Source: Bacteroidota bacterium
GTDB taxonomy: Bacteria; Bacteroidota; Bacteroidia; AKYH767-A; OLB10
Length of the DNA stretch: 61,892 nucleotides
Reading direction: 5' to 3'
Assembly: GCA_031409815.1 (NCBI GenBank)
Contig: JANNXV010000138.1
Location: 1-61,892, forward strand
In this document: piece by piece, positions 38,051-46,385 of the stretch
Layout: every line of letters starts with the position of its first letter
Numbering within the stretch: the stretch's first letter is position 1
Program-made: the position numbers and the translations under genes
Notes under the pieces: model-generated
What the model was told of the DNA's origin: nothing
Seen by the model: only the letters and a program-made list of their open reading frames with translations
Database searches by the model: none

Positions 38051-39037
38051 CTACTGTTTGACAAATTTTTTATTGATTATTCCAGAATCAGATTTTATAG
38101 TTACTAGGTATATTCCTTCATTCATTGTTTTGGTATCTAGTTTAATTATGCCTTCAGATAAATTATTTTCTAATGAGCATTCAACCATTTTCCCAGAATA
38201 GTCATGAATTTCAACAATGAAATTATGACCCGATTTAGGATATTCAATGTTTAGAAAATTGCTGGCAGGATTTGGATAAAGTTTAATGTCAGTTTCATTA
38301 GCAAGACTACTAATGCTTGTGGTTGACTGACAAGTTTTTAATGAAACATCATCGATATAGCAATAAATATAATCTACCGGTGATGATGGGTTATAGACGA
38401 TAGTAGAAGTTTGTAAATCTGTTTTAAAATTTCCGATAACTAAGTACATCTCACCTCCTGAGGCCTCATAATCGCCCGATACTAAAGTCCAGTTTAAGGT
38501 ATCGAAAGTGTTGAACTCCAAATTAACTATTGATGGTAAATACAACAATGGATCCTGGTTATTTATTCCACTTAAAAAAGTATTACTGATTCTTACTGCA
38601 ATATCATCCGTGGTAAACCGACAATTATTAGAAAGATTAACATACATTTCAAAATGGTAGCAATTGCCTGCTACCAATGGGCTTGTAAAATAAGTTTGTA
38701 AATATTCGCGATGATCTGCATTAGCACCAACGCCTTCTTTTAGATAAATACCAGCATAGGCCCACTTGCTATGTGCATATTGATATCCTTGAAAATTAGA
38801 AGGCATCCCAACCGGATAATTAGCGCATTCATGAAAAAAATCAGGAGTGCCTGATATTGTTGGTATATTGGTCATTGGGTTGGACCAGGCATAAGCTGAA
38901 TCAAGATCATTATACCAAATCGGACAGTCAACATATATTTCAAAATCGCCATTTGGAATTAAATTGTTTTGGGCTGTCGTAAATGCTGAAAGAAACAACA
39001 ATGTTATCAAGGACAAGTAGATTTTTTTCATAGACAT
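38051..39037 (-). CDS. secreted hypothetical protein with T9SS sorting domain
   Basis: Signal peptide (LLFLSAFTTAQ) and a C-terminal LYPNPASNFLNIEY..GIYLVTI tail. Confidence 0.8.
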   Translation of the reverse strand: MSMKKIYLSLITLLFLSAFTTAQNNLIPNGDFEIYVDCPIWYNDLDSAYAWSNPMTNIPTISGTPDFFHECANYPVGMPSNFQGYQYAHSKWAYAGIYLKEGVGANADHREYLQTYFTSPLVAGNCYHFEMYVNLSNNCRFTTDDIAVRISNTFLSGINNQDPLLYLPSIVNLEFNTFDTLNWTLVSGDYEASGGEMYLVIGNFKTDLQTSTIVYNPSSPVDYIYCYIDDVSLKTCQSTTSISSLANETDIKLYPNPASNFLNIEYPKSGHNFIVEIHDYSGKMVECSLENNLSEGIIKLDTKTMNEGIYLVTIKSDSGIINKKFVKQ

Positions 39038-39315
39038 TATTTTAAGGTTGCACTTCTAATTAGTTGGGATTTACATTTTAAAGTAATCAAATCATAAGGC
39101 AAATCTGAAATGGTAAAGAATACTAATATGAATCAAAGGTAAAATAATTTGGCAAACAGAAAAGTTTTATTATAGATAGGCCTACCAGCAATAATGAAGC
39201 CGTTTTTTAACGAGATAATTTGATAACAAGGTTTTCAATTTCATTAATTGCCAATTGTATTTTGTGATTAGGTTGTTAAATAACCGAAATTCCATTTTTC
39301 TTTTGTGTAAAGAAT

Positions 39316-39323
39316 TATCTTTG
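39316..39323 (+). promoter_or_regulatory. candidate -7 box TATCTTTG
   Basis: Matches TAnnTTTG 38 nt upstream of ATG 39361. Confidence 0.4.
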
Positions 39324-39360
39324 ATACCTCTTTTAATTTCCTGCTCATAAAATAAATTCA

Positions 39361-39828
39361 ATGAAGTCTCAATTTCTCAAGATTAGTCTATTTGTTCTGT
39401 CACTAATAGTTAATTGTGTTTCTGTACAGGCGCAGAAACTAAATCCAATAAAATGGACCGTTAGTGTTGAACAATCCTCAAAAGAGGTGGTGTTAAATAT
39501 TAAAGCTACAATTGAACAACATTGGCATCTTTATAGTCAGACATTACCTGAGGGCGGTCCGATACCAACATCATTTAAGATCGAAGTTTCTGATAATTTT
39601 GAAGTGGTAGGCAAGGTAACCGAACCAGATGGTAAAACTTATTTGGATCCAAATTTTGAAATGGAACTTAAAACGTTTGATAACGAGGCAGTGTTTAATC
39701 AAGTTATTAAAATTAAATCCAACAAAACTTTTTTATTGAAAGGCTCAGTTGAATTTATGGCTTGTAACGATAAAATGTGTTTGCCTCCTAACGAAGTGCC
39801 TTTTGAGATAACAATAAAGGGCAAGTAG
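39361..39828 (+). CDS. stand-alone DsbD N-terminal (alpha) domain protein
   Basis: Signal peptide plus an Ig-like domain carrying HWHLYSQ..GGPIPTSF..FMACNDKMCLPP. A bit over half of positions are identical by eye to residues about 27-155 of the next gene. Confidence 0.8.
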   Translation: MKSQFLKISLFVLSLIVNCVSVQAQKLNPIKWTVSVEQSSKEVVLNIKATIEQHWHLYSQTLPEGGPIPTSFKIEVSDNFEVVGKVTEPDGKTYLDPNFEMELKTFDNEAVFNQVIKIKSNKTFLLKGSVEFMACNDKMCLPPNEVPFEITIKGK

Positions 39829-39855
39829 TCGCATTATATAAATAAAACACCCCTT

Positions 39856-41904
39856 ATGAATCGAAATATTGTAAAAACAATTTTTTTTGGTTTTCTATTT
39901 CTAGTATTAAAATATACAGCTACAGAGGCTCAAATATTAACGCCAGTAAAATGGAGTTACAGCCTTGAACAAAAGGAAAAAGAAGCCTCTTTGCTTCTAA
40001 AAGCCACCATCGAAAAACACTGGCATCTTTATAGTCAAGATATTGGTGATGGAGGTCCAATTCCAACCTCATTTAAGTTTACGCCTTCAGCTGATTTTGA
40101 ATTGGCAGGAAAAGTAATTGAACCAAAAGCCGAAATGTTTCACGATCCAAATTTTGATATGGATCTTAAGTTTTTTGAAACAACAGTTACCTTCCGACAA
40201 AAAATCAAGATTAAAACCGATAAACCATTTTTAGTAAAAGGTTCATTGGAGTTTATGGTGTGCAATGATAAAATGTGTTTGCCGCCTGAGGAAATTGAAT
40301 TTGAAATTGGAGTAAATAAAAATGGGACTTCACAACCGTCCTCAAAGGTTGAAGAATTATATGCAGACACAACTTCAACAGTTGCTAAAACAATAAGTGC
40401 CGACACCAATCAAACCATTGCTAGTAAGAATACTAGCTATTCATCCAACATTCCTGAACCAGACTCGAATACCAAAAATCTTGAAACCGGATGCGGAGGA
40501 GAGGAAGATGCTGTAGCAGAAGATAAGTCATATCTTGGAATATTGTTAGCAGGCATGGTTGGAGGCTTACTTGCTTTACTTACACCTTGTGTTTTTCCAA
40601 TGATTCCGCTCACGGTTAGTTTTTTTACCAAACGAAGCGGTACACGAGCCAAAGGAATAACTAATGCAATTATTTATGCATTGTCGATCATATTTATTTA
40701 CGTAACACTTGGATTTCTGGTTACTGTAACATTAGGTTCTGATGCATTAAACGCCATGTCGAGCAATGCCTTTTTTAATCTTTTATTCTTTATAATCTTT
40801 TTCATTTTTTCGCTTTCATTTTTTGGAGCATTTGAAATAACACTTCCAAGTTGGATGATTAATAAAGCAGATTCTGCTTCAGATAAAGGTGGTTTATTGG
40901 GAATATTTTTTATGGCCTTTACATTATCACTGGTTTCATTTTCATGCACCGGACCTATCATTGGTACTTTGTTGGTGGAAGCTGCACACGGCAGAAGTTA
41001 TTTAGGACCAATTGCCGGAATGACCGGATTTGCATTGTCACTCGCATTACCATTCGCATTGTTTGCAGCATTTCCATCATGGTTAAATAATTTGCCTAAA
41101 TCGGGTGGTTGGTTAAATAGTGTAAAAGTGACTTTAGGTTTTTTAGAATTGGCGCTTGCGATGAAATTTTTATCTAATGTCGATCTTGCATATCACTGGG
41201 GATTTTTAAAGCGTGAAATCTTTATCACCTTATGGATTGTGATTTTTGGTATGATGGGATTTTATTTGCTTGGTAAAATTCGTTTCTCACACGATAGCGA
41301 AATTCAGCATATCGGAATTGGAAGATTACTTTTTTCAATTATCTCACTTGGTTTCACCGTTTATCTAATTCCGGGATTGTGGGGTGCTCCTTTAAAGCTG
41401 ATTAGTGGATTTCCTCCTCCTGAATTTTATAAAGAATGGATTAGTACCGGTAGTAGCAACCATTGTCCACATAATTTAAATTGTTATCATGACTATGAAA
41501 CCGGGATGGCATATGCTCGCACTCAAAACAAACCGGTGATTATTGATTTTACCGGATGGAGTTGTGTTAATTGCCGCAAGATGGAAGACAATGTTTGGAG
41601 CGATCCAAAAGTATTAGCTATGTTGTCGGATGATTTTGTTTTGATTTCTCTTTATGTGGATGATAAAGAAGATTTACCATTGAAAGATCAGTATGTAAGT
41701 CCAACTACCGGAAAAAAAATAAAAAGCACCGGAAATAAATGGAGTGATATGGAAGCACGCGTTTTTCAAACTAACTCGCAGCCCTATTATGTGTTGATTG
41801 ACAATAATGGCAAACTATTAGCTAAACCCAGAGGCTATACACCCGACATAAATACTTACTTGGAATATCTTGAAGAAGGTTTGTGCAGGTATGAAAAAAG
41901 GTAA
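39856..41904 (+). CDS. dsbD: thiol:disulfide interchange protein DsbD (alpha + transmembrane beta + thioredoxin-like gamma)
   Basis: Alpha domain (FMVCNDKMCLPP), TM core with LTPCVFPMIPL and FSCTGPIIG, and a C-terminal thioredoxin fold DFTGWSCVNC. Confidence 0.9.
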   Translation: MNRNIVKTIFFGFLFLVLKYTATEAQILTPVKWSYSLEQKEKEASLLLKATIEKHWHLYSQDIGDGGPIPTSFKFTPSADFELAGKVIEPKAEMFHDPNFDMDLKFFETTVTFRQKIKIKTDKPFLVKGSLEFMVCNDKMCLPPEEIEFEIGVNKNGTSQPSSKVEELYADTTSTVAKTISADTNQTIASKNTSYSSNIPEPDSNTKNLETGCGGEEDAVAEDKSYLGILLAGMVGGLLALLTPCVFPMIPLTVSFFTKRSGTRAKGITNAIIYALSIIFIYVTLGFLVTVTLGSDALNAMSSNAFFNLLFFIIFFIFSLSFFGAFEITLPSWMINKADSASDKGGLLGIFFMAFTLSLVSFSCTGPIIGTLLVEAAHGRSYLGPIAGMTGFALSLALPFALFAAFPSWLNNLPKSGGWLNSVKVTLGFLELALAMKFLSNVDLAYHWGFLKREIFITLWIVIFGMMGFYLLGKIRFSHDSEIQHIGIGRLLFSIISLGFTVYLIPGLWGAPLKLISGFPPPEFYKEWISTGSSNHCPHNLNCYHDYETGMAYARTQNKPVIIDFTGWSCVNCRKMEDNVWSDPKVLAMLSDDFVLISLYVDDKEDLPLKDQYVSPTTGKKIKSTGNKWSDMEARVFQTNSQPYYVLIDNNGKLLAKPRGYTPDINTYLEYLEEGLCRYEKR

Positions 41905-41959
41905 GCAGTTAATGGCGGATGATTTGCTTCACACTATTTAAATTAGTAGACCTAAATTT

Positions 41960-42475
41960 TTAATGTGGCAATTTTTCTCTAAAGTAGCCATACACCCAAG
42001 TGCCTGCTATTGCACTTAACAAGGTAACAATTATTACTGTTGAACCGGTTCCTATTTGGGCATAGAGAGGTCCAGGACAAGCGCCTGTTATAGCCCAACC
42101 AAAACCAAAAAGCAAGCCACCAATAATTTGTCCTTTATTAAAAGGCTTATCGTGAAATTCGATAGGCTCGCCACTTAGTGTTTTTATTTTAAACTTTTTA
42201 ATTAACCAAACTGATATCATTCCAACTACCACTGCGCTACCAATTACGCCATACATGTGAAATGATTGCAATCGAAACATTTCCTGAATACGAAACCAAC
42301 TGATGATTTCTGCTTTCACAAAAACAATTCCGAAAGCAACACCCACTATCAGGTACTTAAAATTTTGATACCATTTTTGTTCAATATGACTTTCGTTAAC
42401 ACACATAGTGTCTAACGATCGCACTTCAAAATCCGAATTCTTTTCTACCGAAATAAATGCTGTTTCTTTTGCCAT
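41960..42475 (-). CDS. YeeE/YedE family sulfur-compound transporter, half-size subunit B
   Basis: Four TM helices and the GWAITGACPGPLYAQIG motif. Start taken at MAKETAF; the track ORF extends to 42565 and would overlap the upstream gene. Confidence 0.8.
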   Translation of the reverse strand: MAKETAFISVEKNSDFEVRSLDTMCVNESHIEQKWYQNFKYLIVGVAFGIVFVKAEIISWFRIQEMFRLQSFHMYGVIGSAVVVGMISVWLIKKFKIKTLSGEPIEFHDKPFNKGQIIGGLLFGFGWAITGACPGPLYAQIGTGSTVIIVTLLSAIAGTWVYGYFREKLPH

Positions 42476-42491
42476 TTTGCTAATCTGATTT

Positions 42492-43061
42492 TTAGAGAGA
42501 AAGAATGAATGGTAAAATAAAGTTTGCCATAATAAAACCACCTGCCATAAAACAACAAGTAGCAATCAATGATGGCCATTGCAAGGTAGATAATCCAGTT
42601 ATAGCATGACCACTGGTGCATCCACCAGCATATCGTGTTCCAAAACCAATCATAAAACCGCCAACCACCATCATTAAAAAACCTTTTAATGTAAATAGCG
42701 ATTGCCAGTTTAAAATATCGACCGGAATTAAATTCTGATAATTGGTAATTCCGTAGGTTGCTAGCTCACTTTTAAGATCAGAGTTAACTAGAACAGGTTC
42801 GGGGTTTGCTAATAGGCTTACTGCCAGAAATCCGCCAATCATTATTCCAAAAACAAAAAACAAATTCCACATTTCTTTTTTCCAGTCATACTTAAAAAAG
42901 GGAATATTAGCGGGCAAGCAAGCCGCACAAATATGGCGCAAGGACGAACTAATACCGAATGCTTTATTTCCCATTATAAATAGTAAGGGAACTGTTAAAC
43001 CAATTAATGGCCCTGCAACATACCAAGGCCAGGGTTGTTTTATTATTTCAATAATGGTCAT
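42492..43061 (-). CDS. YeeE/YedE family sulfur-compound transporter, half-size subunit A
   Basis: TM helices and the RYAGGCTSGHAITG motif. Confidence 0.8.
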   Translation of the reverse strand: MTIIEIIKQPWPWYVAGPLIGLTVPLLFIMGNKAFGISSSLRHICAACLPANIPFFKYDWKKEMWNLFFVFGIMIGGFLAVSLLANPEPVLVNSDLKSELATYGITNYQNLIPVDILNWQSLFTLKGFLMMVVGGFMIGFGTRYAGGCTSGHAITGLSTLQWPSLIATCCFMAGGFIMANFILPFILSL

Positions 43062-43088
43062 GTGAAGAATTTAAAGAATTGGCTAAAG

Positions 43089-43937
43089 TTAGTTTAGTTT
43101 TTGTATTTCATACTTGCCATTTTCTGTAATCTCAGTATTCATTGTTTCTAACGAAATCGCTGTTTCGCTCACGATTAATAAATGGTTAAAATCGCTGCTA
43201 ATTAATGCGTTTAATACATAAGGAATTGCTAATAATTGAGCCGTAATGTCTTTTGCACATCCGCTGCAGGTGATGCCATTAAATAAATAAAGGGAAACCA
43301 AACAATCACTTTTCAAAAGTTCGACCCATAATTCTGAATTAGCTCGCGGGGCAATTGAGTTAGCAGACATTTCCATGTGAACCATTTTGAAAGCGGCATT
43401 AAATAATTTTTCGTATTCAATTTTACTGCCGCCAAAAGGTGGGCTCTTATCAAATGTGCGATTAAATAATAATCCTACCAATTTGCCATCCTCTTTCAAC
43501 AGCTGATGCATTTTCCAAACATACTTGGTTCGCAATGTTGGTGGCAAAGCACAAAAAAATGTTTGTTCAATAATTAAATCATAAGTTGCCTGATGATGAA
43601 AAAAATCTCCATGAAGTACTTTGATATTGAGCTGGCCGGCAAATTTCTTTTTTAACTTTTCAACCAGCAACGGGGCAATATCTATTAGGGTAATATTGGT
43701 AAATCCTTGTTGCAATAAATATTCGGCTTCATACGAATTACCACATCCGGGTATTAAAACACTGATGTGCTTATCGGGCAATGTATCAATGAAATTTTTA
43801 ATTGGTGGTGATACTACTCCCAAATCCCATCCGGTAGTGTTTGACTGGTATTGATCATTCCAATACTTTTCACCGAGCGCAACTTCGTTATTCACCACAC
43901 AACATTCCACTTTTCTTTCTTGTTCCTGCTCAATCAT
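43089..43937 (-). CDS. TPMT-family SAM-dependent methyltransferase fused to C-terminal HMA-like (GITCSGC) domain
   Basis: The N-terminal 200 aa carry YWNDQY..TGWDLG..VLIPGCGNSYEAEYL..LIDIAP..GDFF..FFCALPP..PPFGG (thiopurine/thiol S-methyltransferase family). The last ~70 aa carry LFNGITCSGCAKDITAQLLAIPYV.. with an HMA-like betaalphabetabetaalphabeta pattern. ATGA overlap with the rhodanese stop. Confidence 0.7.
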   Translation of the reverse strand: MIEQEQERKVECCVVNNEVALGEKYWNDQYQSNTTGWDLGVVSPPIKNFIDTLPDKHISVLIPGCGNSYEAEYLLQQGFTNITLIDIAPLLVEKLKKKFAGQLNIKVLHGDFFHHQATYDLIIEQTFFCALPPTLRTKYVWKMHQLLKEDGKLVGLLFNRTFDKSPPFGGSKIEYEKLFNAAFKMVHMEMSANSIAPRANSELWVELLKSDCLVSLYLFNGITCSGCAKDITAQLLAIPYVLNALISSDFNHLLIVSETAISLETMNTEITENGKYEIQKLN

Positions 43938-44254
43938 TTTGTCAATTGATTTACCTTATGCCATGTACCACCATTAATAACATTTTTAATTCCATTGTTT
44001 TCCAAAATACCCTTAGCCTGGCTACTCCTCATTCCGCTTCTGCAAAACACTACAATATTTTTTTTATCGTTGAACTTTGATAATTGTTGCTGCATTTTAT
44101 CAAGTGGAATATTTACAGAACCTTTTACATGACCATCAGCAAATTCGGCAGGTGTGCGCACATCAACTAAATAGGCACCTTCTTTAATTGCATTTAACAA
44201 TTGAGTGTTGTCGCCAACTGACAAGCCCAATAAGCTCATTAATTTATTAAACAT
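43934..44254 (-). CDS. single-domain rhodanese sulfurtransferase
   Basis: 106 aa with active-site loop CRSGMRS. Confidence 0.85.
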   Translation of the reverse strand: MFNKLMSLLGLSVGDNTQLLNAIKEGAYLVDVRTPAEFADGHVKGSVNIPLDKMQQQLSKFNDKKNIVVFCRSGMRSSQAKGILENNGIKNVINGGTWHKVNQLTK

Positions 44255-44280
44255 TTACTTTTTTTATTGTAGTGTAAAAA

Positions 44281-45696
44281 TTATTTTAAAACTTTGCTTT
44301 GGCAAACAAAATCTGATTTAGGTAAGTTTGTTTTGGCAATAGCATTGAAACCACCTTCAATTTCAGTAAAATTTCTATAACCGCGAGCCTGCAAAATAGA
44401 AGCGGCAATCATACTGCGATATCCACCTGCACAATGCAAGTAAAAATGTTCTTCCGGATTAATGTCTTTCACCCAATCATTAATAAAAGCCAATGGTTTG
44501 CTATAAGATTCATCAATATGCTCTGCCTCATATTCGGATTCTTTTCTAACATCAACCACTTTGCTTTCTCCAATTTTTACTTCTGTTGCAAACTGTTCAG
44601 CGGTAATTCTTTTTACTGTATCAATTTCTTTCCCCGTATCCTTCCATGCAGCAAATCCATCTTTCAAGTGCCCTAAAATATTGTCGAAACCAACACGGCT
44701 TAATCGGGTAACCGATTCTTCTTCAGAACCAACATCAGTTACCAAAATAATAGGCTGCTTAACATCGCCTATTAATGCTCCAACCCATGGCGCAAAATCT
44801 CCATTGATGCCAATATTTACCGATTGAGGTACATATCCTATACTAAATTGCTGGTTGCTTCTAGTATCTAATATCAATGCACCCGTTTCTTCGGCTGCAG
44901 TTTCAAACGCAACAACAGACAATGCACGCATACCTTGATTCAACACATTATCAAAACTCTCATAGCCGGTTTTATTCATGGCCACATTCATACCAAAGTA
45001 TGCCGGAGGAGGTAATAAACCATCGGTTACTTCTTTTACAAATTCAGATTCTGTCATGTTTGCTCGTAAAGCATAATTGTATTTTTTCTGATTACCAATA
45101 GTAGAAACGGTTTCTTTACTCATGTTTTTTCCGCATGCACTTCCGGCACCATGTGCAGGGTAAACAATTACCTCATCACTTAGTGTCATTACTTTATCAC
45201 GTAAGGAATGGAAAAGTGTTGCAGCTAATTGTTCCTGTGTCATTGATGCAGATTTCTGCGCTAAGTCAGGACGGCCTACATCACCAATAAACAAGGTGTC
45301 GCCACTAAACAAGGCATGCTCCTTTCCGTTTTCATCAATTAATAAATAGCAACTGCTTTCCATAGTGTGACCGGGCGTGTGTAACACTTTTATTTTAATT
45401 TTTCCAATTTCAAACATCTGCTCATCGGTTGCAATGATGGCATCAAATGTTGGATTTGCGGTGGGTCCATAAACGATTGGAGCCCCGGTGCTTTTACTTA
45501 AATCCAAGTGTCCGCTAACAAAATCAGCATGAAAATGTGTTTCAAAAATGTACTTTAGTTTTACTCCATCACGTGTTAAACGATCAAGATAAGGTTGTAC
45601 TTCGCGCAATGGGTCAATAATAACTGCTTCGCCATTAGAAGTAATGTAGTAAGCTCCTTGTGCCAAACATCCGGTATAAATTTGTTCTATCTGCAT
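44281..45696 (-). CDS. MBL-fold persulfide dioxygenase fused to rhodanese domains (CstB-like)
   Basis: N-terminal metallo-beta-lactamase fold (ETHFHADFVSG, HTPGHT, GDTLFIGDVGRPD) followed by two rhodanese-like domains, the last with HCAGGYRS. Start taken at MQIEQIY; the track start is 45732. Confidence 0.8.
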   Translation of the reverse strand: MQIEQIYTGCLAQGAYYITSNGEAVIIDPLREVQPYLDRLTRDGVKLKYIFETHFHADFVSGHLDLSKSTGAPIVYGPTANPTFDAIIATDEQMFEIGKIKIKVLHTPGHTMESSCYLLIDENGKEHALFSGDTLFIGDVGRPDLAQKSASMTQEQLAATLFHSLRDKVMTLSDEVIVYPAHGAGSACGKNMSKETVSTIGNQKKYNYALRANMTESEFVKEVTDGLLPPPAYFGMNVAMNKTGYESFDNVLNQGMRALSVVAFETAAEETGALILDTRSNQQFSIGYVPQSVNIGINGDFAPWVGALIGDVKQPIILVTDVGSEEESVTRLSRVGFDNILGHLKDGFAAWKDTGKEIDTVKRITAEQFATEVKIGESKVVDVRKESEYEAEHIDESYSKPLAFINDWVKDINPEEHFYLHCAGGYRSMIAASILQARGYRNFTEIEGGFNAIAKTNLPKSDFVCQSKVLK

Positions 45697-45729
45697 ATTT
45701 ATTCTATTTACTCTTTCAACTTGAAGTTG

Positions 45730-45737
45730 CAAAATTA
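45730..45737 (-). promoter_or_regulatory. candidate -7 box TAATTTTG for the dioxygenase-rhodanese gene
   Basis: The reverse complement of caaaatta matches TAnnTTTG 34 nt upstream of ATG 45696, and it abuts the palindrome at 45717..45729. Confidence 0.35.
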
Positions 45738-45940
45738 AAGTATTACGGGGCTTTAAATGGTGATAAAAGTTACAATAATTGAAAGAAAGTAAAAACAGGC
45801 TCTCATTCTTCGATCACCTATAAATCAATTTATGCGGATGTTAACTGTCATATTTAGTAAAAAAAACAAAAGCAGCGAACGTTGTATTTAATAGTACAAG
45901 TTACCAATTTGAAAAACAGACCGCAAACGATGAGCTCTAT

Positions 45941-46363
45941 CTAAAATCCTGACTTAATGTAACTCCAGTCATCTTCCTGTTTCGAAACAATTTCAAGAAT
46001 GCCATACGGAACATAACTGGCTTCAGGTATCATCATCTCTTTGGTTATTTTTCTATCAGCCATTGAAAATTCGCAGGCTACAAAGCTCACATTCTTCTTT
46101 ATTAGTTGAGCAATTTTTTCCTCAACTATGGTTTTGTTCAACATTAACATGGTTAAACCACCACCCTGAACAACTACTTCTATTTTAGTTTTAGGCGCAA
46201 CTGTTACAATATTATTTAGCTGCTTCATCAAAACTTTGTGCACCAAGGTATCATCGGAGGTAAGCTGAAAAACAATTTTATGTTTCTTGCTGTCTGTTGC
46301 TGTTTGTGCATTTAACGTATTCGCGAGTGCGAAAGCAATAAAGAATAGGAAGATTTTTTTCAT
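45941..46363 (-). CDS. DsrE/DsrF-like family protein with signal peptide
   Basis: Signal peptide MKKIFLFFIAFALANTLNAQ, then an about 120-aa domain (HKIVFQLTSDD...VVVQGGGL...FVACEFSM) recalled as COG1416/DsrE-like. The track ORF extends to 46441. Confidence 0.6.
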   Translation of the reverse strand: MKKIFLFFIAFALANTLNAQTATDSKKHKIVFQLTSDDTLVHKVLMKQLNNIVTVAPKTKIEVVVQGGGLTMLMLNKTIVEEKIAQLIKKNVSFVACEFSMADRKITKEMMIPEASYVPYGILEIVSKQEDDWSYIKSGF

Positions 46364-46385
46364 GTTTTTTGGTTTTATATTTAGT

